In this document: positions 51,187 through 60,022 of the stretch, piece after piece
Layout of the letters: each line of letters begins with the position of its first letter
How positions within the stretch are numbered: position 1 is the stretch's first letter
Source: an archaeon BMS3Bbin15
GTDB lineage: Archaea > Hydrothermarchaeota > Hydrothermarchaeia > Hydrothermarchaeales > BMS3B
NCBI GenBank assembly: GCA_002897955.1
Contig: BDTY01000050.1
Location: 2,641 to 66,640, forward strand
Reading direction: 5' to 3'
Length of the DNA: 64,000 bases
Translations under genes and position numbers: made by a program
The notes under the pieces: model-generated
Seen by the model: only the letters and a program-made list of their open reading frames with translations
Database searches by the model: none
Told to the model about the DNA's origin: nothing

Positions 51187-51283
51187 TCAACTCCTCCGTT
51201 GTTAATGAGAGAAATGGATAACCATGACAGGATTATTTACCAGTGAAACTGAGATGAACAAGCCATTCAATTTAGCCCTCTAC

Positions 51284-51350
51284 TATTTAAATACTTTTTA
51301 AATGGTTACATCTCAGAATAATTTGAGTATTTAAATACTTTATAAATGGA
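51284..51350 (+). promoter_or_regulatory. tandem duplicated TATA-box-like element upstream of tbp
   Basis: The 23-mer TATTTAAATACTTT(T/A)TAAATGG occurs at 51284 and again at 51328. TTTAAATA matches the archaeal TATA consensus. Confidence 0.4.
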
Positions 51351-51362
51351 GGTAACACCCCA

Positions 51363-51902
51363 ATGAGCAATGTAAAAATTGAGAATGTCGTTGCTTCAAC
51401 ATCTCTTGGACAAAAGTTTGACTTAGGATTGATAACAGTCAGTCTTGACAAAGTTGAGTATGAGCCTGAACGGTTTCCTGGTCTGGTTTATCATCTGGAT
51501 GAGCCAAAGGCTGCAGCTTTGATTTTCGGTTCAGGTAAGATAGTATGCACTGGAGCTAAGAGCATTGAACAAGCCACTCTTGCTATTAAGAGGACAATTG
51601 AAAAGATAAAAGGCGCAGGTATAGATATAAAGGCTGAGCCTGAGGTTGTAGTTCAGAATGTTGTGGCAACAGCCAATCTCCATGCTGAGCTTAATCTTGA
51701 TGCTATTGCAATAGCTCTTGATAATACAGAATATGAGCCAGAGCAATTCCCTGGTCTTGTGTATAGAATGAGTAAACCAAAAGTTGTACTCCTGCTCTTC
51801 GGTTCAGGAAAGATGGTATGTACCGGTGCCAAAAGTGTAAATGACGCTGAGATGGCAACTGAGAATGTCAAAAAAACCCTTCAGGAGCTGGGTTTAATAT
51901 AG
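51363..51902 (+). CDS. tbp: TATA-box binding protein
   Basis: 179 aa. Two imperfect direct repeats. IENVVASTSLGQKFDL / VQNVVATANLHAELNL. Confidence 0.9.
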   Translation: MSNVKIENVVASTSLGQKFDLGLITVSLDKVEYEPERFPGLVYHLDEPKAAALIFGSGKIVCTGAKSIEQATLAIKRTIEKIKGAGIDIKAEPEVVVQNVVATANLHAELNLDAIAIALDNTEYEPEQFPGLVYRMSKPKVVLLLFGSGKMVCTGAKSVNDAEMATENVKKTLQELGLI

Positions 51903-51911
51903 GGCGAGAGC

Positions 51912-52553
51912 ATGGCAATTTCAGATTACGACTATAATACTTTGCTGGAAAAAGCATATGAAGAGCTTCCCGAGAAGGTTAAGGAGCATTCCCGTTTTGA
52001 GCCGCCTGTAATATCTTCTATAGTTCAGGGCAAGCTGACAGTGATTCAGAATCTCAGCGAGGTTGCCAAGGCCATAAACAGAACCCCTGACATGCTCACA
52101 AAATGGCTTCTAAGGGAGCTGGGTACCTCTGGTGTTTTTGAAAGCGGACACCTTGTGGTAAAGGGACATTTCAGACAGCACCAGATACAGGAGAAGTTTA
52201 TTGCCTTCCTGAATCAGTATGTTATCTGCCCTGAATGTGGAAGGCCTGATACAAAGATTGTGAAGGAGGATAGAGTCAATTTCCTCAAGTGCGAAGCATG
52301 TGGTTCGAGGCATCCGCTGGGTGGCATAAAGGCATCGACAAGAAAGGTTGAGAAGAGATTCAAACCTTCGGTGGGTGAAGAGATAATTGTTGATATAACA
52401 AGTACCGGTAAGAAGGGTGACGGTGTTGCTCATTCTGGCGATTATATAATATATGTCAGAGGTGGCGTTAGAAGAGGACAGAAAGTCAAGGCAAAAATAA
52501 CAGGCGCTCAGGGAACAAGAGTCTTTGCTCAGGCGATGGAAATAGTGGAATGA
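51912..52553 (+). CDS. eif2b: translation initiation factor 2 beta subunit with C-terminal TRAM-like domain
   Basis: The core has a C4 zinc ribbon CPECGRPDT...CEACG. The C-terminal 60 aa (GEEIIVDITSTGKKGDGVAHSGDYIIYVRGGVRRGQKVKAKITG) match the TRAM fold. Confidence 0.8.
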   Translation: MAISDYDYNTLLEKAYEELPEKVKEHSRFEPPVISSIVQGKLTVIQNLSEVAKAINRTPDMLTKWLLRELGTSGVFESGHLVVKGHFRQHQIQEKFIAFLNQYVICPECGRPDTKIVKEDRVNFLKCEACGSRHPLGGIKASTRKVEKRFKPSVGEEIIVDITSTGKKGDGVAHSGDYIIYVRGGVRRGQKVKAKITGAQGTRVFAQAMEIVE

Positions 52554-53236
52554 TAAAAGCTCTTCTGTTTGATATAGACGATACTCTCTACGACAGCACA
52601 ACGCTTGCTGAAATGGCAAGACGTAACTCGGTTAGAGCAATGATAGACTCAGGGCTGCCGTTTAGAGATGAGCAGGAGCTGTATGAGAAGCTCCTGCACA
52701 TAATCAAAACCTTTGGCTCTAACTATCCGAGGCACTACGACGAACTTCTCAGATATTTAAATATCCCCTGGAACCCTAAAATTGTTGCAGCAGGTATTGT
52801 TGCCTATGAGCATACCAAGTTTGGCTATCTCAAGCCCTTTCCGGGTGTTATCCCTTCTCTTATCAGGCTCAGAGAGAAGTTCAGGCTTGGTGTTGTATCC
52901 AACGGCATAGCAATAAAGCAGTGGGAGAAGCTTATCGCTCTTGGACTTAGCCATTTTTTTGATATTTTTGTTACCTCAGGAGAAGCTGGTGTTGAGAAAC
53001 CTTCAGTTGAGATTTTTACTCTTGCAGCAGAGAAGCTCGGGCTTGACCCGGAGGAGTGCCTGATGATAGGTAATAAAGTTGATGTGGATATAACAGGGGC
53101 AGGGAATGCTGGAATGAAAACTATATGGTTCAGAAGGGAAGAAAATGCTTATCTGAAGCATGAAGGAGAAAGTGCTGACTATATAATAGAAAGCTTCTTT
53201 GAACTCATACCTCTCATAGAAGAGATTATTCAATAA
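52550..53236 (+). CDS. HAD-superfamily hydrolase
   Basis: Motif I LFDIDDTLYD, motif II VVSNG, motif IV GNKVDVD. Confidence 0.65.
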   Translation: MIKALLFDIDDTLYDSTTLAEMARRNSVRAMIDSGLPFRDEQELYEKLLHIIKTFGSNYPRHYDELLRYLNIPWNPKIVAAGIVAYEHTKFGYLKPFPGVIPSLIRLREKFRLGVVSNGIAIKQWEKLIALGLSHFFDIFVTSGEAGVEKPSVEIFTLAAEKLGLDPEECLMIGNKVDVDITGAGNAGMKTIWFRREENAYLKHEGESADYIIESFFELIPLIEEIIQ

Positions 53237-53627
53237 TAACTCCGCCGTCTTTGAGTATGGTTATTTCAATTTTTTCTTTTACAACTCTACCCTGAATTTT
53301 ATCAGGAACACTCCTTTTAATCTTATCAATCAGCGAGAGAGTATTTTCCTTTACCTTTATATTGCATATGGTGGCGCAGGAGAAAACCTCTTTTGGTACA
53401 TTGAAGATATCCTCGCCATCCTTAATTTCAATTACCTTAGGAGAACCGATTTTCCTGAATAGGTCAAGAGTTGCATTTGCCTTCTCTACATTTTTTCTTG
53501 CTCTCTTTTCTGTTATGCTTATATTTGCTCTTGTTGTACCCAGCATACCTGCAATTGCAGCCTGAGTATGTCCCTTTGCTCTCAGTTCAAGAATTTTTAT
53601 CTGCATGGGTGTGAGAAAGGTATTCAT
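53226..53627 (-). CDS. tfx: DNA-binding protein Tfx
   Basis: LTPMQIKILELRAKGHTQAAIAGMLGTTRANISITEKRA matches the Tfx LuxR/sigma-70-region-4-like HTH. Confidence 0.65.
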   Translation of the reverse strand: MNTFLTPMQIKILELRAKGHTQAAIAGMLGTTRANISITEKRARKNVEKANATLDLFRKIGSPKVIEIKDGEDIFNVPKEVFSCATICNIKVKENTLSLIDKIKRSVPDKIQGRVVKEKIEITILKDGGVIIE

Positions 53628-53690
53628 GGCTATTCCTTGTCTTGAAGAGACTTAAAGTTTTCAATAGTTAAATTCAGTTAATATGTTGCT

Positions 53691-54491
53691 ATGCTTACAA
53701 AGAGAATTATACCCTGTCTGGATGTCAAGGATGGAAGAGTGGTTAAGGGCGTGCATTTTAAGAATCTGAGAGATGCTGGTTCGCCTGTGGAACTTGCTCA
53801 GGTTTACAATGAGCAGGGGGCAGATGAACTTGTTTTTCTTGATATAAGTGCAAGCCATGAAGGCAGAAAGACGATGGTTAAGGTGGTTGAGGCTACAGCT
53901 GACCAGATTTTTATTCCTCTTACAGTTGGAGGGGGAATAAGTGAGGTTGAGGATATAAGGGGAATTCTCAAGGCGGGTGCGGATAAAGTTGCCATTAATA
54001 CTGCAGGCATTAAAAATCCTGAGATTCTTTCTGGTGGAGCCAGACGTTTTGGAAACCAGTGTATTGTATCAGCTATTGATGCAAGAAGGGTATATGAAAA
54101 TAGAGAGGATAGAGATGTTATTGAAACTTCCAGGGGAAAATGCTGGTTTGAGGTTTATATATATGGTGGGAGAGAACCTACTGGTATAGATGCTGTGGAA
54201 TGGGCTAAAAGGGTTGAGAAGCTGGGTGCTGGTGAGATTCTATTGACCAGTATGGATGCTGATGGTACAAAGGATGGCTTTGATATTGAACTTACCAGAA
54301 CTATTTCTGAAGCTGTCAATATACCGGTTATAGCCAGTGGGGGTGCAGGTGAACTTGAGCATTTCTATGAAGCCTTTGCTTCTGCGAGGGCTGATGCAGC
54401 GCTGGCTGCTTCAATCTTTCATTATCACGAATATACTGTTGGGGATATTAAGAGGTATCTTAAGGAAAAGGGCATTCCTGTGAGGCTTTGA
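53691..54491 (+). CDS. hisF: imidazole glycerol phosphate synthase cyclase subunit HisF
   Basis: [17 protein letters not shown]-terminus and (beta/alpha)8 motifs. Confidence 0.9.
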   Translation: MLTKRIIPCLDVKDGRVVKGVHFKNLRDAGSPVELAQVYNEQGADELVFLDISASHEGRKTMVKVVEATADQIFIPLTVGGGISEVEDIRGILKAGADKVAINTAGIKNPEILSGGARRFGNQCIVSAIDARRVYENREDRDVIETSRGKCWFEVYIYGGREPTGIDAVEWAKRVEKLGAGEILLTSMDADGTKDGFDIELTRTISEAVNIPVIASGGAGELEHFYEAFASARADAALAASIFHYHEYTVGDIKRYLKEKGIPVRL

Positions 54492-54495
54492 TAGA

Positions 54496-55098
54496 ATGAG
54501 GATAGCTATAGTAGACTACGGAATGGGAAATCTTAGGAGTGTTTATAGAGCTTTTGAATATGCCGGGGCCAGGCCTGTAATAACTTCCAGTGTCGAGGAG
54601 ATTGAGGCCAGCGATGCTTTGATTCTCCCTGGCGTGGGAGCCTTTGAGGATGCTATGGCAAATCTTCTGCCTCTGAGAGAGGTTATAGTTGATAGTGCCG
54701 GGAAGAAGCCTATTCTGGGAATATGTCTTGGGCTGCAGCTTTTCTTCAGTGAGAGTGAGGAGTCCAGACTGGGAGAGAGTGGGCTGGATATTATTAAGGG
54801 TAAGGTGGTCAGGCTTCCCAAAAATGTTAAAATTCCACATATGGGCTGGAACAGTATTGAAATTAAGAAGGAGAGTAGAATTCTCGAGGGGATTAAGGAT
54901 GGTGAGTACTTTTACTTTGTCCACTCTTACTATGCTGTGCCTCAGGAGGATGTTGTGGTTGCTACCACAGGTTATTCTGTTGATGTTCCTGCTATTCTGG
55001 AGAAGGACTCGGTTTTTGCAACCCAGTTCCACCCTGAGAAGAGCGGAAGGGCAGGTTTGAAAATAATTAAGAATTTCGTGGAGATTGCGAGGGAGTAG
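54496..55098 (+). CDS. hisH: imidazole glycerol phosphate synthase glutaminase subunit HisH
   Basis: MRIAIVDYGMGNLRSV, catalytic Cys in GICLGLQ, HPEKS. Confidence 0.85.
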   Translation: MRIAIVDYGMGNLRSVYRAFEYAGARPVITSSVEEIEASDALILPGVGAFEDAMANLLPLREVIVDSAGKKPILGICLGLQLFFSESEESRLGESGLDIIKGKVVRLPKNVKIPHMGWNSIEIKKESRILEGIKDGEYFYFVHSYYAVPQEDVVVATTGYSVDVPAILEKDSVFATQFHPEKSGRAGLKIIKNFVEIARE

Positions 55099-55114
55099 TT
55101 ACAAGATAATCACT

Positions 55115-56746
55115 TTACGTTCTAAAAAGTTCAATAAACTCGAATTTCTCCACGTCAAACAGCCCTTTATCACTCAGCTTTATTCTGGGAATGACCAGCA
55201 AAGCCATAAATGAAAGTGTCATAAAAGGTGATTTCAGTTCAGAACCAAGAGATTTTGCCATACTATCTACTTTAATATATTTTTCTGCTACTTCCGAATA
55301 GCTCCTATCACTCATAAGGCCTGCTATTGGTAAAGGTAAGACAGCCTCCTCATCAGATACAGCACATATACCTCCATTGTTCTCAATAATCAGATTGACA
55401 GCCCTGCATATATCTCTGTCAGATACCCCGACAGCTATAATATTATGGGAATCATGAGCCACACTTGAGGCAATAGCTCCTTCTGTAAGACCAAAATTTT
55501 TCACAAAACCAGTTCTCACCACACTCTTCCCATAGCGATTCACCACAGCTATTTTCAGTATATCTCTCTCAATATCAGATACAGCATATCCATCAGCTAT
55601 ATATGGAGGAAGAATAAGTTTACCTGTTACAATCTGGCCATCCAGTGCTTCAATAACAACCATATCACCTCTGCTATACTTGACTCTGAAATCCTCTGTT
55701 TTCTTCTCCTCTGCTTTAAAATTATTCATAACTTCAGGGGTTTTTCTGTTGATGAATGTTCTACCTTCTTCTGCCACAATTTCTCCGTTTATAACTGTTT
55801 TGAGTACATTAAAATCCTTCAGATTATCCACAATAAGAAAATCAGCAGAGTCCCCTCTTTTCAGCAGTCCAGCATCCAGGCTGTAGTGAAGTACAGGATT
55901 TACACATGCAACCTTTAAGACTTTTATTGCGTCGATACCATAATTTACCGCCCTTTTCACAATACTGTTAATATGTCCATTTACCAGGTCATCAGGGTGC
56001 TTATCATCACTGCAGAACATAAAGTTTTTATAATGCTCTTCCAGAAGAGGAATAAGCTCCTCAAAGTTACTTACTGCTGAACCTTCCCTGATGTTCAATA
56101 TCATACCAAGGCCTAGCTTTTCTTCTGCTTCATCTCTGGTAAGGCATTCATGGTCGGTTGATATTCCAGAGCTTATATATTTCTCAAGTTTCTGTCCTCT
56201 CAATCCGGGGGCATGGCCATCTACTGGCTTTGAGTATCTTTTAGAAAGGCTGATCTTTTTAATCAGCTCGGGATTGCCTTCCAGAACGCCAGAGAAGTTC
56301 ATCACCTCACCCAGGCATTTTATTTCACCCAGCTTCAGAAGTTCTTCCACCTCCACGGTACCAAGAACTGCACCGCTGCTATCAAAGTCTGTTGCAGGCA
56401 CACAGGAGGGAGCGCTGAAGTATAGTTTCATGAGCACAGCTTTTGAATCTTCTATCATATATTTCACACCCTCTATGCCAAGAACATTGGCAATCTCGTG
56501 AGGGTCGCACACTGCACCAACTGTACCATGAATTACTGCTACTCTGGCAAACTCTGAAGGTGGAAACATGGAACTTTCAATGTGAATATGAGAATCTATA
56601 AACCCTGGAATAATATAATTTTCATAATTTTTCTTTTCCTGTGAAATCTCCAGTATTCTGCCATGAGATATTTTAAGGGTGCCCGGGTAAACTCTGGAGT
56701 TCAGGACATCAACTATATTGCCAGAAAGTGTTTTTATCTTACCCAT
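55115..56746 (-). CDS. ade: adenine deaminase
   Basis: 543 aa. PGFIDSHIHIESSM metal-binding motif, and the size and architecture of the Ade family. Confidence 0.75.
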   Translation of the reverse strand: MGKIKTLSGNIVDVLNSRVYPGTLKISHGRILEISQEKKNYENYIIPGFIDSHIHIESSMFPPSEFARVAVIHGTVGAVCDPHEIANVLGIEGVKYMIEDSKAVLMKLYFSAPSCVPATDFDSSGAVLGTVEVEELLKLGEIKCLGEVMNFSGVLEGNPELIKKISLSKRYSKPVDGHAPGLRGQKLEKYISSGISTDHECLTRDEAEEKLGLGMILNIREGSAVSNFEELIPLLEEHYKNFMFCSDDKHPDDLVNGHINSIVKRAVNYGIDAIKVLKVACVNPVLHYSLDAGLLKRGDSADFLIVDNLKDFNVLKTVINGEIVAEEGRTFINRKTPEVMNNFKAEEKKTEDFRVKYSRGDMVVIEALDGQIVTGKLILPPYIADGYAVSDIERDILKIAVVNRYGKSVVRTGFVKNFGLTEGAIASSVAHDSHNIIAVGVSDRDICRAVNLIIENNGGICAVSDEEAVLPLPIAGLMSDRSYSEVAEKYIKVDSMAKSLGSELKSPFMTLSFMALLVIPRIKLSDKGLFDVEKFEFIELFRT

Positions 56747-56864
56747 AATGCTAGATATAAATTCAGAAATAAAAGCCTGCTGGATATTGATGCTGTGGTT
56801 GTGTATAATATTTTTGTGAGTAAAACATAAGCCAGCATATTCCCATGATTGATATTGACCCTTC

Positions 56865-57533
56865 TTATTCTATCCTGAGTAGATATCCGTTATATCTTAG
56901 CCATTTCTTATAGATTTCATAATCTTGCATTAACGTTTTAACTTTAAGCCAGAATGATTTTGAGTGATTTCTTTCTTCCAGATGGATTAATTCATGAACA
57001 ACAACATAATCTATAACAGATAAAGGCGCCATTATTAAGCGCCATGAAAAGTTCAGGTTGCCATTTGGACTGCAGGAGCCCCATCTTTTCTGAGCGTTGG
57101 TAATGTTTATTCTGCTGTATTTCAATCCTTTTTTGCTGGCATACCACTGAACTCTTTCAGATATTTTTTCATGGGCTTTTTCTTTATACCATTTAATAAA
57201 AATCTCTTTTGCCAGTATTTGATATTCTTTTGAAAGATAAAATCGATTTTCAAATTTTAAAGGAGTTTTGTCGTCCACCAAGGTTAATCTGTAACTCTCG
57301 CCAAGATACAGAAAATCTTCTCCGTCTACAAACTTCTTTCTGGAAAATTTTGGGTTTCTTGATAGGATTTCCTTTTTCTTTTTTTCTATCCACTTTTTAT
57401 GTTTCAAAACAATATTTTCGATGGTGAGTGTATCAATACCAAAAGGTGCTCTTACTATTAAAGTTGCATCATCGGTTATTTGAATTGCAATGCCAGTTCT
57501 TTTCGTTCTTATTATCTCATCTATTTCTTCCAT
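56865..57533 (-). CDS. DUF45 / YgjP-like zinc metallohydrolase (WLM-type HExxH)
   Basis: WGSCSPNGNLNFSWRL and HELIHLEERNHS motifs. The gene is AT-rich. Confidence 0.65.
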   Translation of the reverse strand: MEEIDEIIRTKRTGIAIQITDDATLIVRAPFGIDTLTIENIVLKHKKWIEKKKKEILSRNPKFSRKKFVDGEDFLYLGESYRLTLVDDKTPLKFENRFYLSKEYQILAKEIFIKWYKEKAHEKISERVQWYASKKGLKYSRINITNAQKRWGSCSPNGNLNFSWRLIMAPLSVIDYVVVHELIHLEERNHSKSFWLKVKTLMQDYEIYKKWLRYNGYLLRIE

Positions 57534-57794
57534 TTTATTCTCCGTGTATGTGGCATGCAGGTTCAGCAGTTTCTTTGATTTTATCTCTTTTGTGTGTTAT
57601 TGTTTTTCAAAATCAATCGAGTAATTCCTTCTCTATAAGGTGAGCATGGTGATGACGAAAAATTTATGTGTTGTAAAACCCAATTAGTATAGGAGGTAAA
57701 TATATGAGGTGGGAGATTTGGAATTTGGATGTTTTTTTATTTTATGGATTGTATAATAGTCGTAAAATACAGTTTAAATCAGGAGGTGGAAGAT

Positions 57795-59720
57795 ATGAAA
57801 GAATTTGATACAAGGGGCAGGAGTATAGAGGATTCAACCATAGACCCTGCCAATGTGGAACTTTTGAAAATAGCAAAAAAGGATGGAATAGATACAGCTT
57901 TTGACAGGGTTCAGAAGCAGGAGCCAAAGTGCAAATTCTGCGAGGAAGGAGTCTCTTGCAGGAACTGTAATATGGGCCCATGTAGAATTACCCAAAATTC
58001 ACCCAGAGGGGTATGCGGTGCCACGGCTGATACTATGGTTGCCAGAGGACTTCTCCAGAATACAATAGGAGGGGCGGCATCCCATATGGACCATGCAAGA
58101 CATGTGGCTATACTTTTACGGGAGGCTGGCATGGGTAATGCTCCATATAAGATTAAGGATGAGGCAAAGCTTAGAAGGATTGCCGGGGATCTAGGAATTG
58201 AAGGGGCTGACACAAAGGATAAAAAGCTGCTTGCCATGGAGGTGGCAAACAGGGCTCTGCAGGACCTGGGAAGGCAGCACGGCGAAGATGCCATGGACTG
58301 GATTAAACTGCATGCCCCTGAGGAGCGTATTGATACATGGAAAAAACTTGGCATTCTACCATTCGGTGGAAATGTTGTGGTAAATGAAGGTATGCACAGG
58401 AGAACTATGGGTGTGGATGCAGACCCTGTAAACATAATACTTGGTATGCTGAAAACAGGTATTGTCGATGGGTATGGCGGCCTTGCTATGTCAACGGATT
58501 TGCAGGATATTCTTTTTGGAAGCCCAAGTCCAAAAATTTCAGAGGCTGGGCTCGGTGTACTCAGGGAAGACTATATCAATATTTCCACACATGGCCATGT
58601 GCCCCTGCTCTCAGAGAAGATTGTGGATGCAGCCGAAGAGCTGGAGGAAGAGGCAATAAAGGCTGGAGCAAAGGGTATAAATGTGGTGGGACTTTGCTGT
58701 ACTGGAATAGAGCTACTGGAAAGAAAGGGGATTCCCATAGCAGGAAATGAATTGAATACTGAGACTGCCATTATAACCGGGGCTATGGAAGCTGTGGTGG
58801 TAGATTATCAGTGTATATATCCGGGGCTTGTGCCTGTGGCAGATAATTTCCATACTAAAGTTATCACCACTGCCGATATCGCAAAGATTCCTGGCGCAGA
58901 ACACATAGAGTTCAATGAAAAAGAAGCTGATGAGGTTGCTAAAAAGATTGTGAGACTGGCAATAGATAACTTCAAGAATAGGGACCCGAAGAGGGTTAAC
59001 ATACCAAATGTAAAGTCCAAAGTTATGGCAGGTTTTACCCCTGAGGTTTTGCTGGCGGTACTCTCTAAAATTAACAAAGAGGACCCGTTAAAACCTCTGG
59101 TGGACGCTATCACTGAAGGTAAAATCCGTGGTGCAGTGGCTATTGTGGGCTGTAATAATCCAAGGGTAAAACATGATTTCATGAATGTTGGGATTGCCAG
59201 AGAGCTCATAAAGCGCAATGTACTTGTGATATCTACTGGATGCGTTGCCACAGCCCATGCAAAGTCAGGGCTTATGAATCCTGACACAGCCTATAAGGAG
59301 GCAGGAGAGGACCTTCAGGGTGTATTGAAAGTTCTGGGCAGGGCTGCTGGTATGGAGGCTCTGCCACCTGTACTAAACTTTGGCTCATGTGTGGACAACT
59401 CCAGGATAGGAGACCTTTTGAAGGCACTCTCTGACAGGATTGGTGTGCCAATAAAGGACCTCCCTGTGCTTGCCAGCGCACCGGAATATACAACTGAGAA
59501 AGCACTTTCTATAGGCACATGGGCAGTAAGCCTTGGGGTTACCACCCATGTAAATCCGCCGCCGAGAATTTCAGGCAGCCAGCTTGTGACAAAAATACTG
59601 ACAGAGGATGCGGAAGGCCTGGTCGGGGCCACTGTTTTTACCGGCTCTGACCCTGTGGAAACAGCCAGAGTAATGATAGAAAAGATAGAAGAAAAAAGAA
59701 GAAAACTGGGCTTGAATTAA
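57795..59720 (+). CDS. cooS: Ni-dependent carbon monoxide dehydrogenase catalytic subunit CooS
   Basis: N-terminal Cys cluster CKFCEEGVSCRNCNMGPCRI (B/D-cluster ligands). Length about 640 aa. The start is set at MKEFD, preceded by GGAGGTGG. Confidence 0.8.
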   Translation: MKEFDTRGRSIEDSTIDPANVELLKIAKKDGIDTAFDRVQKQEPKCKFCEEGVSCRNCNMGPCRITQNSPRGVCGATADTMVARGLLQNTIGGAASHMDHARHVAILLREAGMGNAPYKIKDEAKLRRIAGDLGIEGADTKDKKLLAMEVANRALQDLGRQHGEDAMDWIKLHAPEERIDTWKKLGILPFGGNVVVNEGMHRRTMGVDADPVNIILGMLKTGIVDGYGGLAMSTDLQDILFGSPSPKISEAGLGVLREDYINISTHGHVPLLSEKIVDAAEELEEEAIKAGAKGINVVGLCCTGIELLERKGIPIAGNELNTETAIITGAMEAVVVDYQCIYPGLVPVADNFHTKVITTADIAKIPGAEHIEFNEKEADEVAKKIVRLAIDNFKNRDPKRVNIPNVKSKVMAGFTPEVLLAVLSKINKEDPLKPLVDAITEGKIRGAVAIVGCNNPRVKHDFMNVGIARELIKRNVLVISTGCVATAHAKSGLMNPDTAYKEAGEDLQGVLKVLGRAAGMEALPPVLNFGSCVDNSRIGDLLKALSDRIGVPIKDLPVLASAPEYTTEKALSIGTWAVSLGVTTHVNPPPRISGSQLVTKILTEDAEGLVGATVFTGSDPVETARVMIEKIEEKRRKLGLN

Positions 59721-59726
59721 GGACAA

Positions 59727-59754
59727 TTTTTTCCCCCTTTTTTTCTTTTTTTTT
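59727..59754 (+). terminator. oligo-T tract (archaeal intrinsic terminator) after cooS
   Basis: TTTTTTCCCCCTTTTTTTTCTTTTTTTTT immediately downstream of the stop. Confidence 0.4.
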
Positions 59755-60022
59755 AGAACTCGAATTTTATTGAAACTAACATCGGGCTTAAGGGAAGTTT
59801 TGCCGTAGGCAAATTTGAGTGGAAGAAACTACAAGACTTCGCAGTCTCTTAATGCTTGTTATATTTGTCTGAGCGATGACCAAGGGCTAGGGGCGTAGGA
59901 TTTTTTGTTTTTAGAAAAAAGAAAATAAGGGGCATCTTGTTTTGGTTCTTTTTCTAAAAGAACATTTAGGGTGTCTTTAAAAGAGAAAATTTAATAAATA
60001 TGGTGATTATATTATAATTATA

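Noticed and set aside
57428-57643. 71-aa ORF between DUF45 gene and cooS
   Set aside because: It partly overlaps the 5' end of the DUF45 gene on the other strand and sits in a promoter region. No motif.
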